From an uncultured Spirochaetia bacterium (lineage in GTDB: Bacteria; Spirochaetota; JAHITG01; JAFGFC01), in assembly GCA_964605455.1 (NCBI GenBank), contig CAZSCZ010000001.1, positions 1 to 46,668 on the forward strand: 46,668 nt of DNA, given 5' to 3'. Within the stretch, counting starts at the first letter, position 1. Every line of letters starts with the position of its first letter. The notes beneath the pieces are model-generated. The model was not told where the DNA came from. It did no database searches and worked only from the letters and a program-made list of their open reading frames with translations. Below are positions 37,451 through 45,841 of the stretch, in pieces. The position numbers and the translations under genes are program-made.

Positions 37451-38764
37451 ATGGAAAATATATGCGATAAAATAAAAACCAGAGTAAAAAATTTTGATAT
37501 TTATCTACAGAAACTTGAATCTGAAACTGTAAATTTTGAAAATAATAAACTTAAATTAGTTGATAGAAGATTGGAAAAAGGTTATGGAATTCGTCTTATT
37601 AAAGATAATAAAATAGGATTCTCTGCTTCAAATAATTTCGGAAATATTGATTCCACAATTGAAAACGCTTTGAAACTTTCAGCTTTTGGTGAAAAATGTT
37701 ATTTTGAGTTTCCTAATAAAAGGTTTGATTTTAAAGATTTAAAAATTTTTTCTGATAACATCACTTCTATTAACTCCAAAAAAATGATAGAATTGGGTAA
37801 ACACTTGTTATCTTTACTTTCTTCTTTGGATAATGATATAAAAACAAATGTTATTGTGGAGAAAAATATAATAAAGAATGAGTTAATAAATTCCAGTAGC
37901 TTGAACTTAAAAGAGAGAAAGACAAGATTCAGTATTACAGGCTGGATTTTTAAAGCAGAAGAAAATAACTTTATTGAGATATGGGAGCAGGAAGATTTGA
38001 AAGAAAATGAAGATTTACCAAATCTTATAAATAAAATTTTTGAACGAATCAAATTTTTATTTAACAGTGCAAAGAATGTAACAAAAATAGAGCCAGGATA
38101 TTATCCTGTATTTTTTACACCCAAATCTTTTTCCACAATTTTAAGTATGCTAATTAAAAGTTTTGATGGAAACCTTATTTATAAAAAGATATCATTTTTT
38201 ACTGATAAAAAAGGCAGAAAATTTTTTAAAAAACCAGTAACAATATTGGATGACCCATTAAAGATAGGTTATCCATATTCAAGAAATTTTGATGGTGATG
38301 GGATAAAATCAGAGCCAATATATCTTATTGAAAAAGGGGTTATTAAACAATTTTTACTTGATATTCAAACTGCAGGCAAGCTTAAATCTGTTTCAAATGG
38401 GCATTCTGTGCGCTCCTATGTTTCATTACCATCACCAGGACATACAAATATATTTTTTACAGTTGAAGATAAATCTTTTGTAGAGAACAGAGAAAAAATA
38501 ATAAAAGGAATAAGAAAAGGAATTTTAATTGACCAATTTTTAGGGGCAGGGCAGAGTAATATTTTAGCTGGCGAATTCTCAGTGAATATAGATTTGGGAT
38601 TTTTAATTGAGAATGGTGAGATTGTTGGAAGAATAAAAGATTGTATGATTGCTGGTAATCTGTTTGAACTTTTAAATGATATAGAGAAAATAGATAATTC
38701 CCCTTTATATTATGGCAGTATAGAAACACCCGGGGTGCTGGTTTCAAAACTTCCTGTGAAATAA
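37451..38764 (+). CDS. pmbA: PmbA/TldE-family protein (TldD partner)
   Basis: TldD/PmbA fold length and adjacent to tldD. It lacks HExxxH, as expected for PmbA. Confidence 0.8.
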   Translation: MENICDKIKTRVKNFDIYLQKLESETVNFENNKLKLVDRRLEKGYGIRLIKDNKIGFSASNNFGNIDSTIENALKLSAFGEKCYFEFPNKRFDFKDLKIFSDNITSINSKKMIELGKHLLSLLSSLDNDIKTNVIVEKNIIKNELINSSSLNLKERKTRFSITGWIFKAEENNFIEIWEQEDLKENEDLPNLINKIFERIKFLFNSAKNVTKIEPGYYPVFFTPKSFSTILSMLIKSFDGNLIYKKISFFTDKKGRKFFKKPVTILDDPLKIGYPYSRNFDGDGIKSEPIYLIEKGVIKQFLLDIQTAGKLKSVSNGHSVRSYVSLPSPGHTNIFFTVEDKSFVENREKIIKGIRKGILIDQFLGAGQSNILAGEFSVNIDLGFLIENGEIVGRIKDCMIAGNLFELLNDIEKIDNSPLYYGSIETPGVLVSKLPVK

Positions 38765-38875
38765 ATTGTTGATAAAAAAATTTTATATTCCAGTAGTCTA
38801 TCCTGGTGCTTCATCTGAAAATGTGGAATTAAAAGTAAAAAAACAGAAATTTTATTATTTGTTTACAAAAAAAAC

Positions 38876-38904
38876 TTGACATTTGAGAAAAAATGTTGTA
38901 TATT
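38876..38904 (+). promoter_or_regulatory. Promoter TTGACA-17-TATATT, about 210 nt upstream of the S8 protease ATG
   Basis: Exact -35 hexamer and correct spacing, read directly. Confidence 0.55.
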
Positions 38905-39115
38905 ATATAAAAATAAAGGCAATTGTAAAACCAAGGAAGGGGCTCCTTGTGAGTTTTGTTTGGAATCATATTTAAAAAGTTTAGAGGGTGCTATATATTA
39001 AAAAATATAGCTAAAAAGTGTATGTAAATCAAAGAATATTAAAAAATATAATTTTTTATATATAAATAAATTATAACCCCTAAACATTTTTATTAAAACA
39101 AAGGAGGGAAGAGCT

Positions 39116-42100
39116 ATGATGAGAATACGACAAAATTTTTTTAAATATTGGGTAATTTTTGCGATATTGATAAATTTTAATATTTCCTCTATTGCTGAAA
39201 CATTAAAACCTGTTAAAGCAGGGATTAACAAAAACAAAGTAAAAAAATTAAAGGAAATGGCAAAAAAGTATAATAAACTTTCTTTTTCATTAATTCAACT
39301 TATGGATTTAGCAGAAAACAAAGGAAATGCTGTTGCACTTAAATTTGCAAAATCTCAAGGTTTTCAGGTCAAAGATAATGAGATTATAGTGATAGTTGAA
39401 GCAAAAGATATTAGTCATTTACATTTAATAAAAAATTTGATTGAGCAGAATAAAGGCAAAGTATTATCAAAGTATAAGAATCTGTTAAAAGTAAAGATAA
39501 GTATAAATAATATAAAAAACTTGAATAAGATTAATAATATCAAGAAAGTCCGAAAGCCATATAAACCATTTCCACATACTATAAATGGTGAGGAGATATC
39601 TTTAATAGGTGCTGATGTTGCTATAAGTAATGGATATAAGGGTCAGGGAATAAAGGTAGCTATTATAGATGTTGGGTTTGCAAATCTTTCTTCTGCAATT
39701 GCTAATGGTGAATTACCTAATAATGTGATTACAAGTGATTTTAGTGGCTTCGGATTAACAAATGATAGTGAACACGGCACAGCTGTTGCTGAGATTATTT
39801 ATGAAATGGCACCAAATGCTCAATTATATTTATTAAAAATTGCTGATGAGGGAGATTTAGGTAATGCTAAGGATTATTGTATAGCAAGTAATATCCATAT
39901 AATAAACCATTCAGTGGGATGGGTGAACACTGAATGGGGTGATGGGACAGGTCTCATCTGTGATATTGCAAATGATGCTAATGCTAATGGTATTCTATGG
40001 GTGAATTCAGCTGGCAATTCTGCCCAAAGACATTGGCAGGGAATGTTTACAAATAGTGATAGTGATAAGTATCACGAGTTCACTGGTCCCTCAACAAATG
40101 GGGAAATAAATGAATTAGGGTATATTCCAGCAGGGTATCCAATTTGTGTGTTCTTATGCTGGAACGATACATGGGGTGCAAGTGGAAATGATTATGACCT
40201 TGAACTGTACTATTGGGATGGAAGTTCGTGGGTACTTAAAGATTGGTCCGATAACTGGCAGGACGGTGATGATGACCCTACAGAAGCAATAACAATATAT
40301 GCTCCAACAAATGCATTTTATGGTGTCAGAATATACAAATGGAGTGGTGCTGATAAAGAATTGCAATTATTCAGTTTTTATGAAGATTTTGAGAATCAGA
40401 CGCCGGAGAAAAGTTTAATGGCACCTGCTGATGCTGTTGGTGTTTTTACTGTAGGTGCTATTGCTTATAATAACTGGACAACAGGTCCTGTAGAAAATTT
40501 TAGTTCAAGAGGACCGACTCAGGATGGACGAACAAAACCTGATATTTCTGGCACGGATGGTGTAACTAATTTTACTTATGGACGGTTTTATGGCACTTCT
40601 GCTTCATCACCATCTGTTGCAGGTGCTGCTGCAATTGTCTGGAGTGCTTACCCTTCATCAAATAATAATTTTGTAAGAAGATATCTTGAAAATAATGCAG
40701 TTGATATGGGTATATCAGGTAAAGACAATGAATACGGTAATGGCAGAGCTAATTTGAAAATTATTGGTACACCATCTACCCCAACTGATCAGGGTAAGTA
40801 TATTTCAGTAACAAATATTACATTTAATTGGACAAAAGGAACAATAATTAATAAAAATTCAATTGGTTATTTTCTTCAAATAAATACAAACAAATCTGCA
40901 ATAAATCCTGTATTTTCTGGTAATGTTGGTAGTGCAACAAATTATACATTTCAAGGTGCAAAGCATGGAAAAACATACTATGCAAGGGTATGTGGAACAA
41001 ATTTATTTGATAAAGGTGGTTATTCAGCTTGGAGTGATGGCATAACAGTTGATACAAATGCGCCGTCAATTCCAGGGACACCTCAAGATGAAGGAGAATG
41101 GACAGGCACAAATGTATATTTTTCTTGGACAAAGGCAAATGATCCAGAAAGCGGTGTGTCAAATTATTGTATTGTAATTTCAACGAATACAAATATAGGT
41201 GGAACTGTATTTAGCAATGACAATATTACAACAACAAATTACACATATCATCCTGGTGTTGATGGTAATAGTTATTGGGCTAAAGTAGCTGCAATAAATA
41301 GAGCTGGATTAAGGAGTAAATATTCAGCTTGGAGCGATGGTGTGAAAGTTGATGTAGGTGCCCCTACAGTTCCTGGTGTCCCTCAATTTGAATGTAGATA
41401 TACTACAAATACTAATATAAATATCAAATGGACAAAATCAATTGATAATGGTATAGGCGTTTCAAATTATAAGCTTCAAATTGGCACTGGAATAGGTATG
41501 AGCAATGTTTTTAATGGTTTTGTTGGTTCTACCAACACAAATTTTATAGGTCAGCACGGAAATACATATTATGCCCGTGTTTGTGCAATAGATAAGTTAA
41601 ATCATTGGAGTGGTTATTCAGATTGGAGTGACGGCATAACAGTTGATACAAATGCGCCATCAATTCCAGGGACACCTCAAGATGAAGGAGAATGGACAGG
41701 CACAAATGTATATTTTTCTTGGACAAAGGCAAATGATCCAGAAAGCGGTGTGTCAAATTATTGTATTGTAATTTCAACGAATACAAATATAGGTGGAACT
41801 GTATTTAGCAATGACAATATTACAACAACAAATTACACATATCATCCTGGTGTTGATGGTAATAGTTATTGGGCTAAAGTAGCTGCAATAAATAGAGCTG
41901 GATTAAGGAGTAAATATTCAGCTTGGAGCGATGGTGTGAAAGTTGATGCGGCTCCACCGTCTGTCCTACCAGGAATTCCACAAGATGAGGGTGATATAAG
42001 TGATGCAAATGTGATGTTTATATGGACATCAACTACTGATAGTGCAAGTGGAATCAAAGCTTATAGATTGCAAGTTGGGACATCAACAAATTCACCTGAT

Positions 42101-42781
42101 GTTTTTGACAAGAATGTATTTTCTACAAATTATACAATTACAGGAGAACATAACAAAACATATTATGCGCGTGTTGCAGCAATAAATGGTGCAGGCTTAC
42201 AGAGTGATTTTTCAGCGTGGAGCGATGGTATTTTGGTTGATGCATTGCCACCTGTTACAACTATTTCTCCTTCACCAGATAAAGTGTTTGTTGAAAAAGT
42301 TACTGTCCAGTTTAATGTCTCAGAGCCAGATTCAAAAATTTATTATTCTGTTAATGGTGAGGAGCCTCAAGCTACATCAAGTTATGAATATACTTCTCCA
42401 TTTGTAATTAATCAAAGCTGCACAATAAAATATTTTGGTGTAGATAAAGTAGGAAATAGAGAAACTACCAAATCAGCATCTTATGAAATTGTACAGCAAG
42501 CTTCTCAAGCAGCAGGTATATATAATACTCTTTTAAATCTTGCTGATAATTCACAAAATAAGATACGGTTCGTATTTCGTGATGATAATGAATATGAAAT
42601 CAGAGTTTATAATATTTTAGGTGAGCTTGTCAAAGAATGGAGCTCTAAACATTATAATGCTGGCGATATTTTTGAATGGGACGGAAATGTTGATGGGAAA
42701 TATTTGGAACCTAATATATATTTTATCAAAATAAAGTCAAATAACTTTGAAAAAACATTCAAAATTTTAGTTGTTAAATAG
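39116..42781 (+). CDS. Secreted S8 (subtilisin-like) serine protease with five FN3-like modules, a chitobiase/Fn3-associated-like module and a T9SS/FlgD-Ig-type C-terminal domain
   Basis: Signal peptide. Catalytic triad contexts VAIIDVGF (Asp), HGTAVAEI (His) and GTSASSPSVAGAAA (Ser). Repeated ...YYARV..SAWSDG..VD modules. C-terminal YNILGELV...FEWDGNVDGKYLEPNIYFIKI. Confidence 0.88.
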   Translation: MMRIRQNFFKYWVIFAILINFNISSIAETLKPVKAGINKNKVKKLKEMAKKYNKLSFSLIQLMDLAENKGNAVALKFAKSQGFQVKDNEIIVIVEAKDISHLHLIKNLIEQNKGKVLSKYKNLLKVKISINNIKNLNKINNIKKVRKPYKPFPHTINGEEISLIGADVAISNGYKGQGIKVAIIDVGFANLSSAIANGELPNNVITSDFSGFGLTNDSEHGTAVAEIIYEMAPNAQLYLLKIADEGDLGNAKDYCIASNIHIINHSVGWVNTEWGDGTGLICDIANDANANGILWVNSAGNSAQRHWQGMFTNSDSDKYHEFTGPSTNGEINELGYIPAGYPICVFLCWNDTWGASGNDYDLELYYWDGSSWVLKDWSDNWQDGDDDPTEAITIYAPTNAFYGVRIYKWSGADKELQLFSFYEDFENQTPEKSLMAPADAVGVFTVGAIAYNNWTTGPVENFSSRGPTQDGRTKPDISGTDGVTNFTYGRFYGTSASSPSVAGAAAIVWSAYPSSNNNFVRRYLENNAVDMGISGKDNEYGNGRANLKIIGTPSTPTDQGKYISVTNITFNWTKGTIINKNSIGYFLQINTNKSAINPVFSGNVGSATNYTFQGAKHGKTYYARVCGTNLFDKGGYSAWSDGITVDTNAPSIPGTPQDEGEWTGTNVYFSWTKANDPESGVSNYCIVISTNTNIGGTVFSNDNITTTNYTYHPGVDGNSYWAKVAAINRAGLRSKYSAWSDGVKVDVGAPTVPGVPQFECRYTTNTNINIKWTKSIDNGIGVSNYKLQIGTGIGMSNVFNGFVGSTNTNFIGQHGNTYYARVCAIDKLNHWSGYSDWSDGITVDTNAPSIPGTPQDEGEWTGTNVYFSWTKANDPESGVSNYCIVISTNTNIGGTVFSNDNITTTNYTYHPGVDGNSYWAKVAAINRAGLRSKYSAWSDGVKVDAAPPSVLPGIPQDEGDISDANVMFIWTSTTDSASGIKAYRLQVGTSTNSPDVFDKNVFSTNYTITGEHNKTYYARVAAINGAGLQSDFSAWSDGILVDALPPVTTISPSPDKVFVEKVTVQFNVSEPDSKIYYSVNGEEPQATSSYEYTSPFVINQSCTIKYFGVDKVGNRETTKSASYEIVQQASQAAGIYNTLLNLADNSQNKIRFVFRDDNEYEIRVYNILGELVKEWSSKHYNAGDIFEWDGNVDGKYLEPNIYFIKIKSNNFEKTFKILVVK
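41017..41354 (+). repeat. Intragenic duplication, copy 1 (partner at 41611-41948, offset 594 bp)
   Basis: Compared by eye base by base, 41041-41354 against 41635-41948 shows a single mismatch (G/A at 41065/41659). Two more mismatches lie in the 24 nt before that. Confidence 0.9.
41611..41948 (+). repeat. Intragenic duplication, copy 2
   Basis: See copy 1. It encodes an identical 104-aa FN3-like module (TNAPSIPGTPQDEGEWTG...SAWSDGVKVD). Confidence 0.9.
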
Positions 42782-42882
42782 AATAAATATAATCTAATGA
42801 TGATGGAGGTTGACCAAGCATTTTCATTACGAAACTTTGTATCTTAGGAATTTAGAAAAATTAAATTATGTGAGGTGAAAAA

Positions 42883-43821
42883 ATGAAAAAAATAATTATT
42901 ATCTTTTTAGTTGCAAATTTATTAAGTGTAACATTCTTATATAGTGGATCAGGTTCAATTAAAAGTTCTCCCATTTTGATGATGGATACCACAAGTGCAG
43001 AAGGTATCAGTGTGGCTAATAATAGTGTAATGCAGTTTGGTAAAGTAAATTTTATTCAGCAAAACCCGGGTATAATTGGAACTTTGAATAGTTTAAATGC
43101 AAATCTTTCATATATACCCTGGATATTTGATACTTCTTATTTTATTGGAAATATAGGATACAAATTTAATAATATTCCACCAATTGGTTGTTCTGTAGCA
43201 ATGTTCAATTCACAAGATTTTGAGTATGTTTTAAATGATGGAACAATTTCATCTGATAAATTAAGCATAAGTGAATTTTTATTGCAAATTGGTAGTGGAT
43301 TAAAAATTATTCAAAAAAGCGAAATAGGGCTATATTCGGGAATAGCAATAAAATATATTTCAAGTAAAATCTATACATTCTCTGGAAATAGTCTTGCTAT
43401 TGATGCAGGATTAAGTGGATTATACGACCTTGGTAAAAATAAAATAATTTATGGGCTAAGCATTCAAAATATAGGTCTTGGCGCAGAATATATTCAAGAA
43501 AGAAGTAGCTTGCCATTTAAAATACGAATAGGTGCAGGTTATACATTTCATCTATTTTCAACACATCATTCCCTTTTTCCTATGGCAGAATTTGTTTATG
43601 ATGCTACTTCAAAAATTAATATTGGAGCAGAATATAGCTTTAAGAAGATGATATTTGGCAGAATAGGATATAGTATTTCCTCTAAACAGATGGTTTCTTC
43701 TAATATCGCAGCAGGGGTTGGAGTAGAATATAATAATATTAAAATTGACTATGCAATGAAATTATTAAAAGAAAGTGAAAAGTCTTTGCTTCATTCTTTT
43801 TCTATAGGGTATTCTCTTTAA
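42883..43821 (+). CDS. PorV/PorQ-like outer-membrane beta-barrel protein
   Basis: Signal peptide, alternating beta-strand pattern and a terminal ...SFSIGYSL. The N-terminal ...NPGIIGTL resembles the PorV/PorQ NPAGLA motif. It lies directly downstream of a C-terminal-domain cargo gene. Confidence 0.5.
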   Translation: MKKIIIIFLVANLLSVTFLYSGSGSIKSSPILMMDTTSAEGISVANNSVMQFGKVNFIQQNPGIIGTLNSLNANLSYIPWIFDTSYFIGNIGYKFNNIPPIGCSVAMFNSQDFEYVLNDGTISSDKLSISEFLLQIGSGLKIIQKSEIGLYSGIAIKYISSKIYTFSGNSLAIDAGLSGLYDLGKNKIIYGLSIQNIGLGAEYIQERSSLPFKIRIGAGYTFHLFSTHHSLFPMAEFVYDATSKINIGAEYSFKKMIFGRIGYSISSKQMVSSNIAAGVGVEYNNIKIDYAMKLLKESEKSLLHSFSIGYSL

Positions 43822-43861
43822 TATAAAGAATAATAATTCAGTTTTTCTAAAAAAATGTAGA

Positions 43862-43880
43862 AACAGGCTTTATGCCTGTT
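43862..43880 (-). terminator. Hairpin AACAGGC-TTTAT-GCCTGTT, followed on the minus strand by TCTACATTTTTTT
   Basis: Read directly. It belongs to the GTAGAAACAG palindrome family. Confidence 0.4.
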
Positions 43881-43917
43881 GAAATGGGAATAAAATATAT
43901 AGAATATAATAAAGTTG

Positions 43918-43945
43918 GTAGGGAACAAGTATACTTGTTCCCTAC
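43918..43945. terminator. Perfect 12-bp-stem hairpin GTAGGGAACAAG-TATA-CTTGTTCCCTAC between convergent genes
   Basis: Read directly. AT/T-rich flanks on both sides. Confidence 0.5.
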
Positions 43946-44019
43946 AATTATAATTTTATGCGAAAATTATAAATTAATTTTAGAACAACCCCTATTATAC
44001 ACAAACTTTCCTTTACTCC
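43937..44019. repeat. 83-bp direct repeat, copy A (partner at 44383-44465, 81/83 identical)
   Basis: Aligned by eye. The two mismatches are A/G at 43949/44395 and T/C at 43969/44415. Confidence 0.92.
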
Positions 44020-44046
44020 CTCGTCAGCAAGTATCTTAAACTGCAA
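43948..44046 (-). pseudogene. Truncated DUF5615 (PIN-like) toxin remnant downstream of DUF433
   Basis: A TTG overlaps the end of DUF433 and gives (M)QFKILADEGV..., matching the typical DUF5615 N-terminus MKILADENV. The frame then runs into the 83-bp repeat and stops after 32 codons. Confidence 0.3.
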
Positions 44047-44260
44047 TAAGTTCCTCCTTTGAAATCACATCTGCTGAATAAGATAATGCTGCAAATATAT
44101 CCTCTAATTTTAAAATAGGATATGCTTCAATAATTTCCTCTGGTTTCATACCTTCTGATAATTTTTTCAATATTAATTCAACAGTAATTCGTGTTCCCTT
44201 TATAATTGGTTTCCCCAGCATAATATTTGGATTAACAGTTATTCTTTCATTATAATTCAT
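44036..44260 (-). CDS. DUF433-domain protein (antitoxin-like, HTH)
   Basis: ITVNPNIMLGKPIIKGTRITVELILKKLSEGMKPEEIIEAYPILKLEDIFAAL is a textbook DUF433 sequence. Confidence 0.85.
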   Translation of the reverse strand: MNYNERITVNPNIMLGKPIIKGTRITVELILKKLSEGMKPEEIIEAYPILKLEDIFAALSYSADVISKEELIAV

Positions 44261-44300
44261 AATTTTTATAACTCCCTATTGTCTTTATTATTCAATAAAT

Positions 44301-44328
44301 AATATAATACTTTAAATAAGTCTGTCAA
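44301..44328 (-). promoter_or_regulatory. Promoter TTGACA-16-TATATT for the DUF433 gene (minus strand)
   Basis: Read as the reverse complement. AGGGAG lies 11 nt before the ATG. Confidence 0.45.
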
Positions 44329-44364
44329 TAGCTTTAAAGAAAGTGTGTTAAATAAATTTTAAAA

Positions 44365-44391
44365 GTAGAAACAGCCCTGGCTGTTCCCTAC
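44365..44391 (-). terminator. Rho-independent-type terminator: GTAGGGAACAGCC-AGG-GCTGTTTCTAC followed by TTTTAAAATTT on the minus strand
   Basis: Read directly. It lies downstream of the 44654..45784 gene and its in-frame extension. Confidence 0.5.
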
Positions 44392-44465
44392 AATTGTAAT
44401 TTTATGCGAAAATTACAAATTAATTTTAGAACAACCCCTATTATACACAAACTTTCCTTTACTCC
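44383..44465. repeat. 83-bp direct repeat, copy B
   Basis: See copy A. Confidence 0.92.
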
Positions 44466-44653
44466 TGCAAAAAAATTTGCTTAGTTTCTATTGAAAAATT
44501 ATTAATAAAGTTAATAAAGTTGTGCACCGTCCCTCTTTTTCCTTCATAATATAAAAATTCTACCCTTTTTCTCTCTTCTGCAGGTAATTCCTCTATTAAT
44601 TCCTGGATACTTTTATTGTGTGAATTCTTTTTTACTTCCTTTTTTACTTTTTT
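44459..44653 (-). pseudogene. 64-codon open frame with no canonical start that continues the frame of the upstream gene across its TAA. It contains a sigma-70 region-4-like LPAEERKRVEFLYYEG segment and copy 2 of the 37-bp repeat.
   Basis: Translated by hand: KKVKKEVKKNSHNKSIQELIEELPAEERKRVEFLYYEGKRGTVHNFINFINNFSIETKQIFLQE, then stop. Confidence 0.3.
44499..44535. repeat. Copy 2 (inverted) of the roughly 37-bp sequence at 710-746
   Basis: 44516-44535 is the exact reverse complement of 710-729. Confidence 0.8.
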
Positions 44654-45784
44654 TTACCTTTTCTTTGACTTTATTTTTCTTTTGATATTGTTTACTTTCT
44701 TTTGTATCCTTATATCATTCGGTGAGATTTCTATTGCTTTTTCCATATATTTTAACGCTTCCTCATATTCTCCTTTATAATATTTTTGCATCCCTTTTTC
44801 ATATAATCTATCTGCTCTTTCTCCAGTTAAATCATTAAATCTTATGGTTATTCCTATATTATGTGTATCACCTAAATATTTATTATTTATATATCCATAA
44901 TTAAATTCAAATTTATCAAGAGTTACTCCTAATCCACCTCTTATTATTTTTAATCCATATCCTACTCTTAATCTTATCTGCTCCATTATCTTTAATTCAA
45001 CTCCAGCTAAGCATTCTATATCCTTTGTGTCTTCTCTGTATACTCCTTCTACTGTTATTAATGCACTACTTCTCTGCACTATAAGATTTAATACATCAGA
45101 TGTATATCCTAATCCGCATCTTATTTCTATTGGTTCTCTTTCTTCTTCTACCTTTAATTTTAAAGTAGGTCCTAAAATATTTTTTATTGCCAATCCTGCT
45201 TCAAAATTGTATATAATATTTTCAATTATAGAATGTTTAACCGTCTCTTTGCGCATCCAGTATAACCCTATATCTATTCCTGCACCTGTAGAACTGTATC
45301 CTGCTAATTGCTGTGACAGTATCTTTAAACTTATTCCCCCTGCTAATCTGCTTATAATATTTATCCCTGCACTTATTACTCCTATTGTTTCATTATTAGC
45401 AATAACTTCGCCTGTTGGTTCACACGAACTATTATACCCTTCTATACTTTCAATGCTTTCTCTTAATAACGCTATTCCATAGTTTATATTATAATCAATT
45501 AAATTAGCATAACCCAAAAATATCTTATTCATTTTGGTAATTGTATTTTGGGAATATGCTCCGAAAAATTGTTTATTCTTTAATAATCCCAATGATGCAG
45601 GATTATATACAATTGCAGATACATCGTCTTCAATACCAATGTAAGAGCCACCAAGTGCTAAGGCTTTGATGCTTAAACCTTCATTCAAAAATGCATCAGA
45701 TTGTTTTAAAGATGAACCATAAGTCCATCCTGCTATCTCAAAAATTATTATAAAGAAAACCAAAATCTTAATTTTTTTCTCCAT
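44654..45784 (-). CDS. PorV/PorQ-family outer-membrane beta-barrel with a C-terminal TPR-like tail
   Basis: Signal peptide. LSIKALALGGSYIGIEDDVSAIVYNPASLGLL matches the PorV/PorQ N-terminal signature. The C-terminal YEKGMQKYYKGEYEEALKYMEKAIEISPND is TPR-like. Confidence 0.65.
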   Translation of the reverse strand: MEKKIKILVFFIIIFEIAGWTYGSSLKQSDAFLNEGLSIKALALGGSYIGIEDDVSAIVYNPASLGLLKNKQFFGAYSQNTITKMNKIFLGYANLIDYNINYGIALLRESIESIEGYNSSCEPTGEVIANNETIGVISAGINIISRLAGGISLKILSQQLAGYSSTGAGIDIGLYWMRKETVKHSIIENIIYNFEAGLAIKNILGPTLKLKVEEEREPIEIRCGLGYTSDVLNLIVQRSSALITVEGVYREDTKDIECLAGVELKIMEQIRLRVGYGLKIIRGGLGVTLDKFEFNYGYINNKYLGDTHNIGITIRFNDLTGERADRLYEKGMQKYYKGEYEEALKYMEKAIEISPNDIRIQKKVNNIKRKIKSKKR

Positions 45785-45841
45785 AATTTTAACCTCCTCT
45801 TAGTTATATAATCCCTATGTTTAAATGTTTAGAATAGAGAA

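Noticed and set aside
41017-41948. A diversity-generating retroelement TR/VR pair as an explanation for the near-identical repeats in the protease gene
   Set aside because: There are only 1-3 differences, not concentrated at adenines, and no reverse transcriptase or accessory gene in the window. Both copies are in-frame structural modules.
1735-44656. Stop-codon reassignment (TAA read as sense) as an explanation for the three in-frame TAA codons
   Set aside because: TAA terminates many conserved genes here, including ftsZ, at the expected protein lengths. A genome-wide reassignment is therefore not tenable, and local decay or error is more likely.
2680-45482. Many 60-160-aa ORFs in the track lie antisense to, or out of frame within, well-supported genes. 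Examples: 2680..2901-, 6803..7006+, 8614..8856+, 9905..10087+, 11110..11346+, 12410..12697-, 13505..13984-, 18107..18325-, 19105..19377-, 21361..21612-, 23406..23600-, 24198..24491-, 25000..25344-, 26034..26216-, 26311..26511-, 26541..26867-, 27148..27518-, 27757..28137-, 28849..29046-, 30081..30377+, 32875..33425-, 36478..36705-, 37699..38052-, 38457..38747-, 38998..39237-, 40154..42407, 45027..45482+, 45825..46031+.
   Set aside because: They are shadow ORFs expected in AT-rich DNA. They have low-complexity or repeat-mirroring translations, no RBS, and each fully overlaps a gene with strong family motifs.
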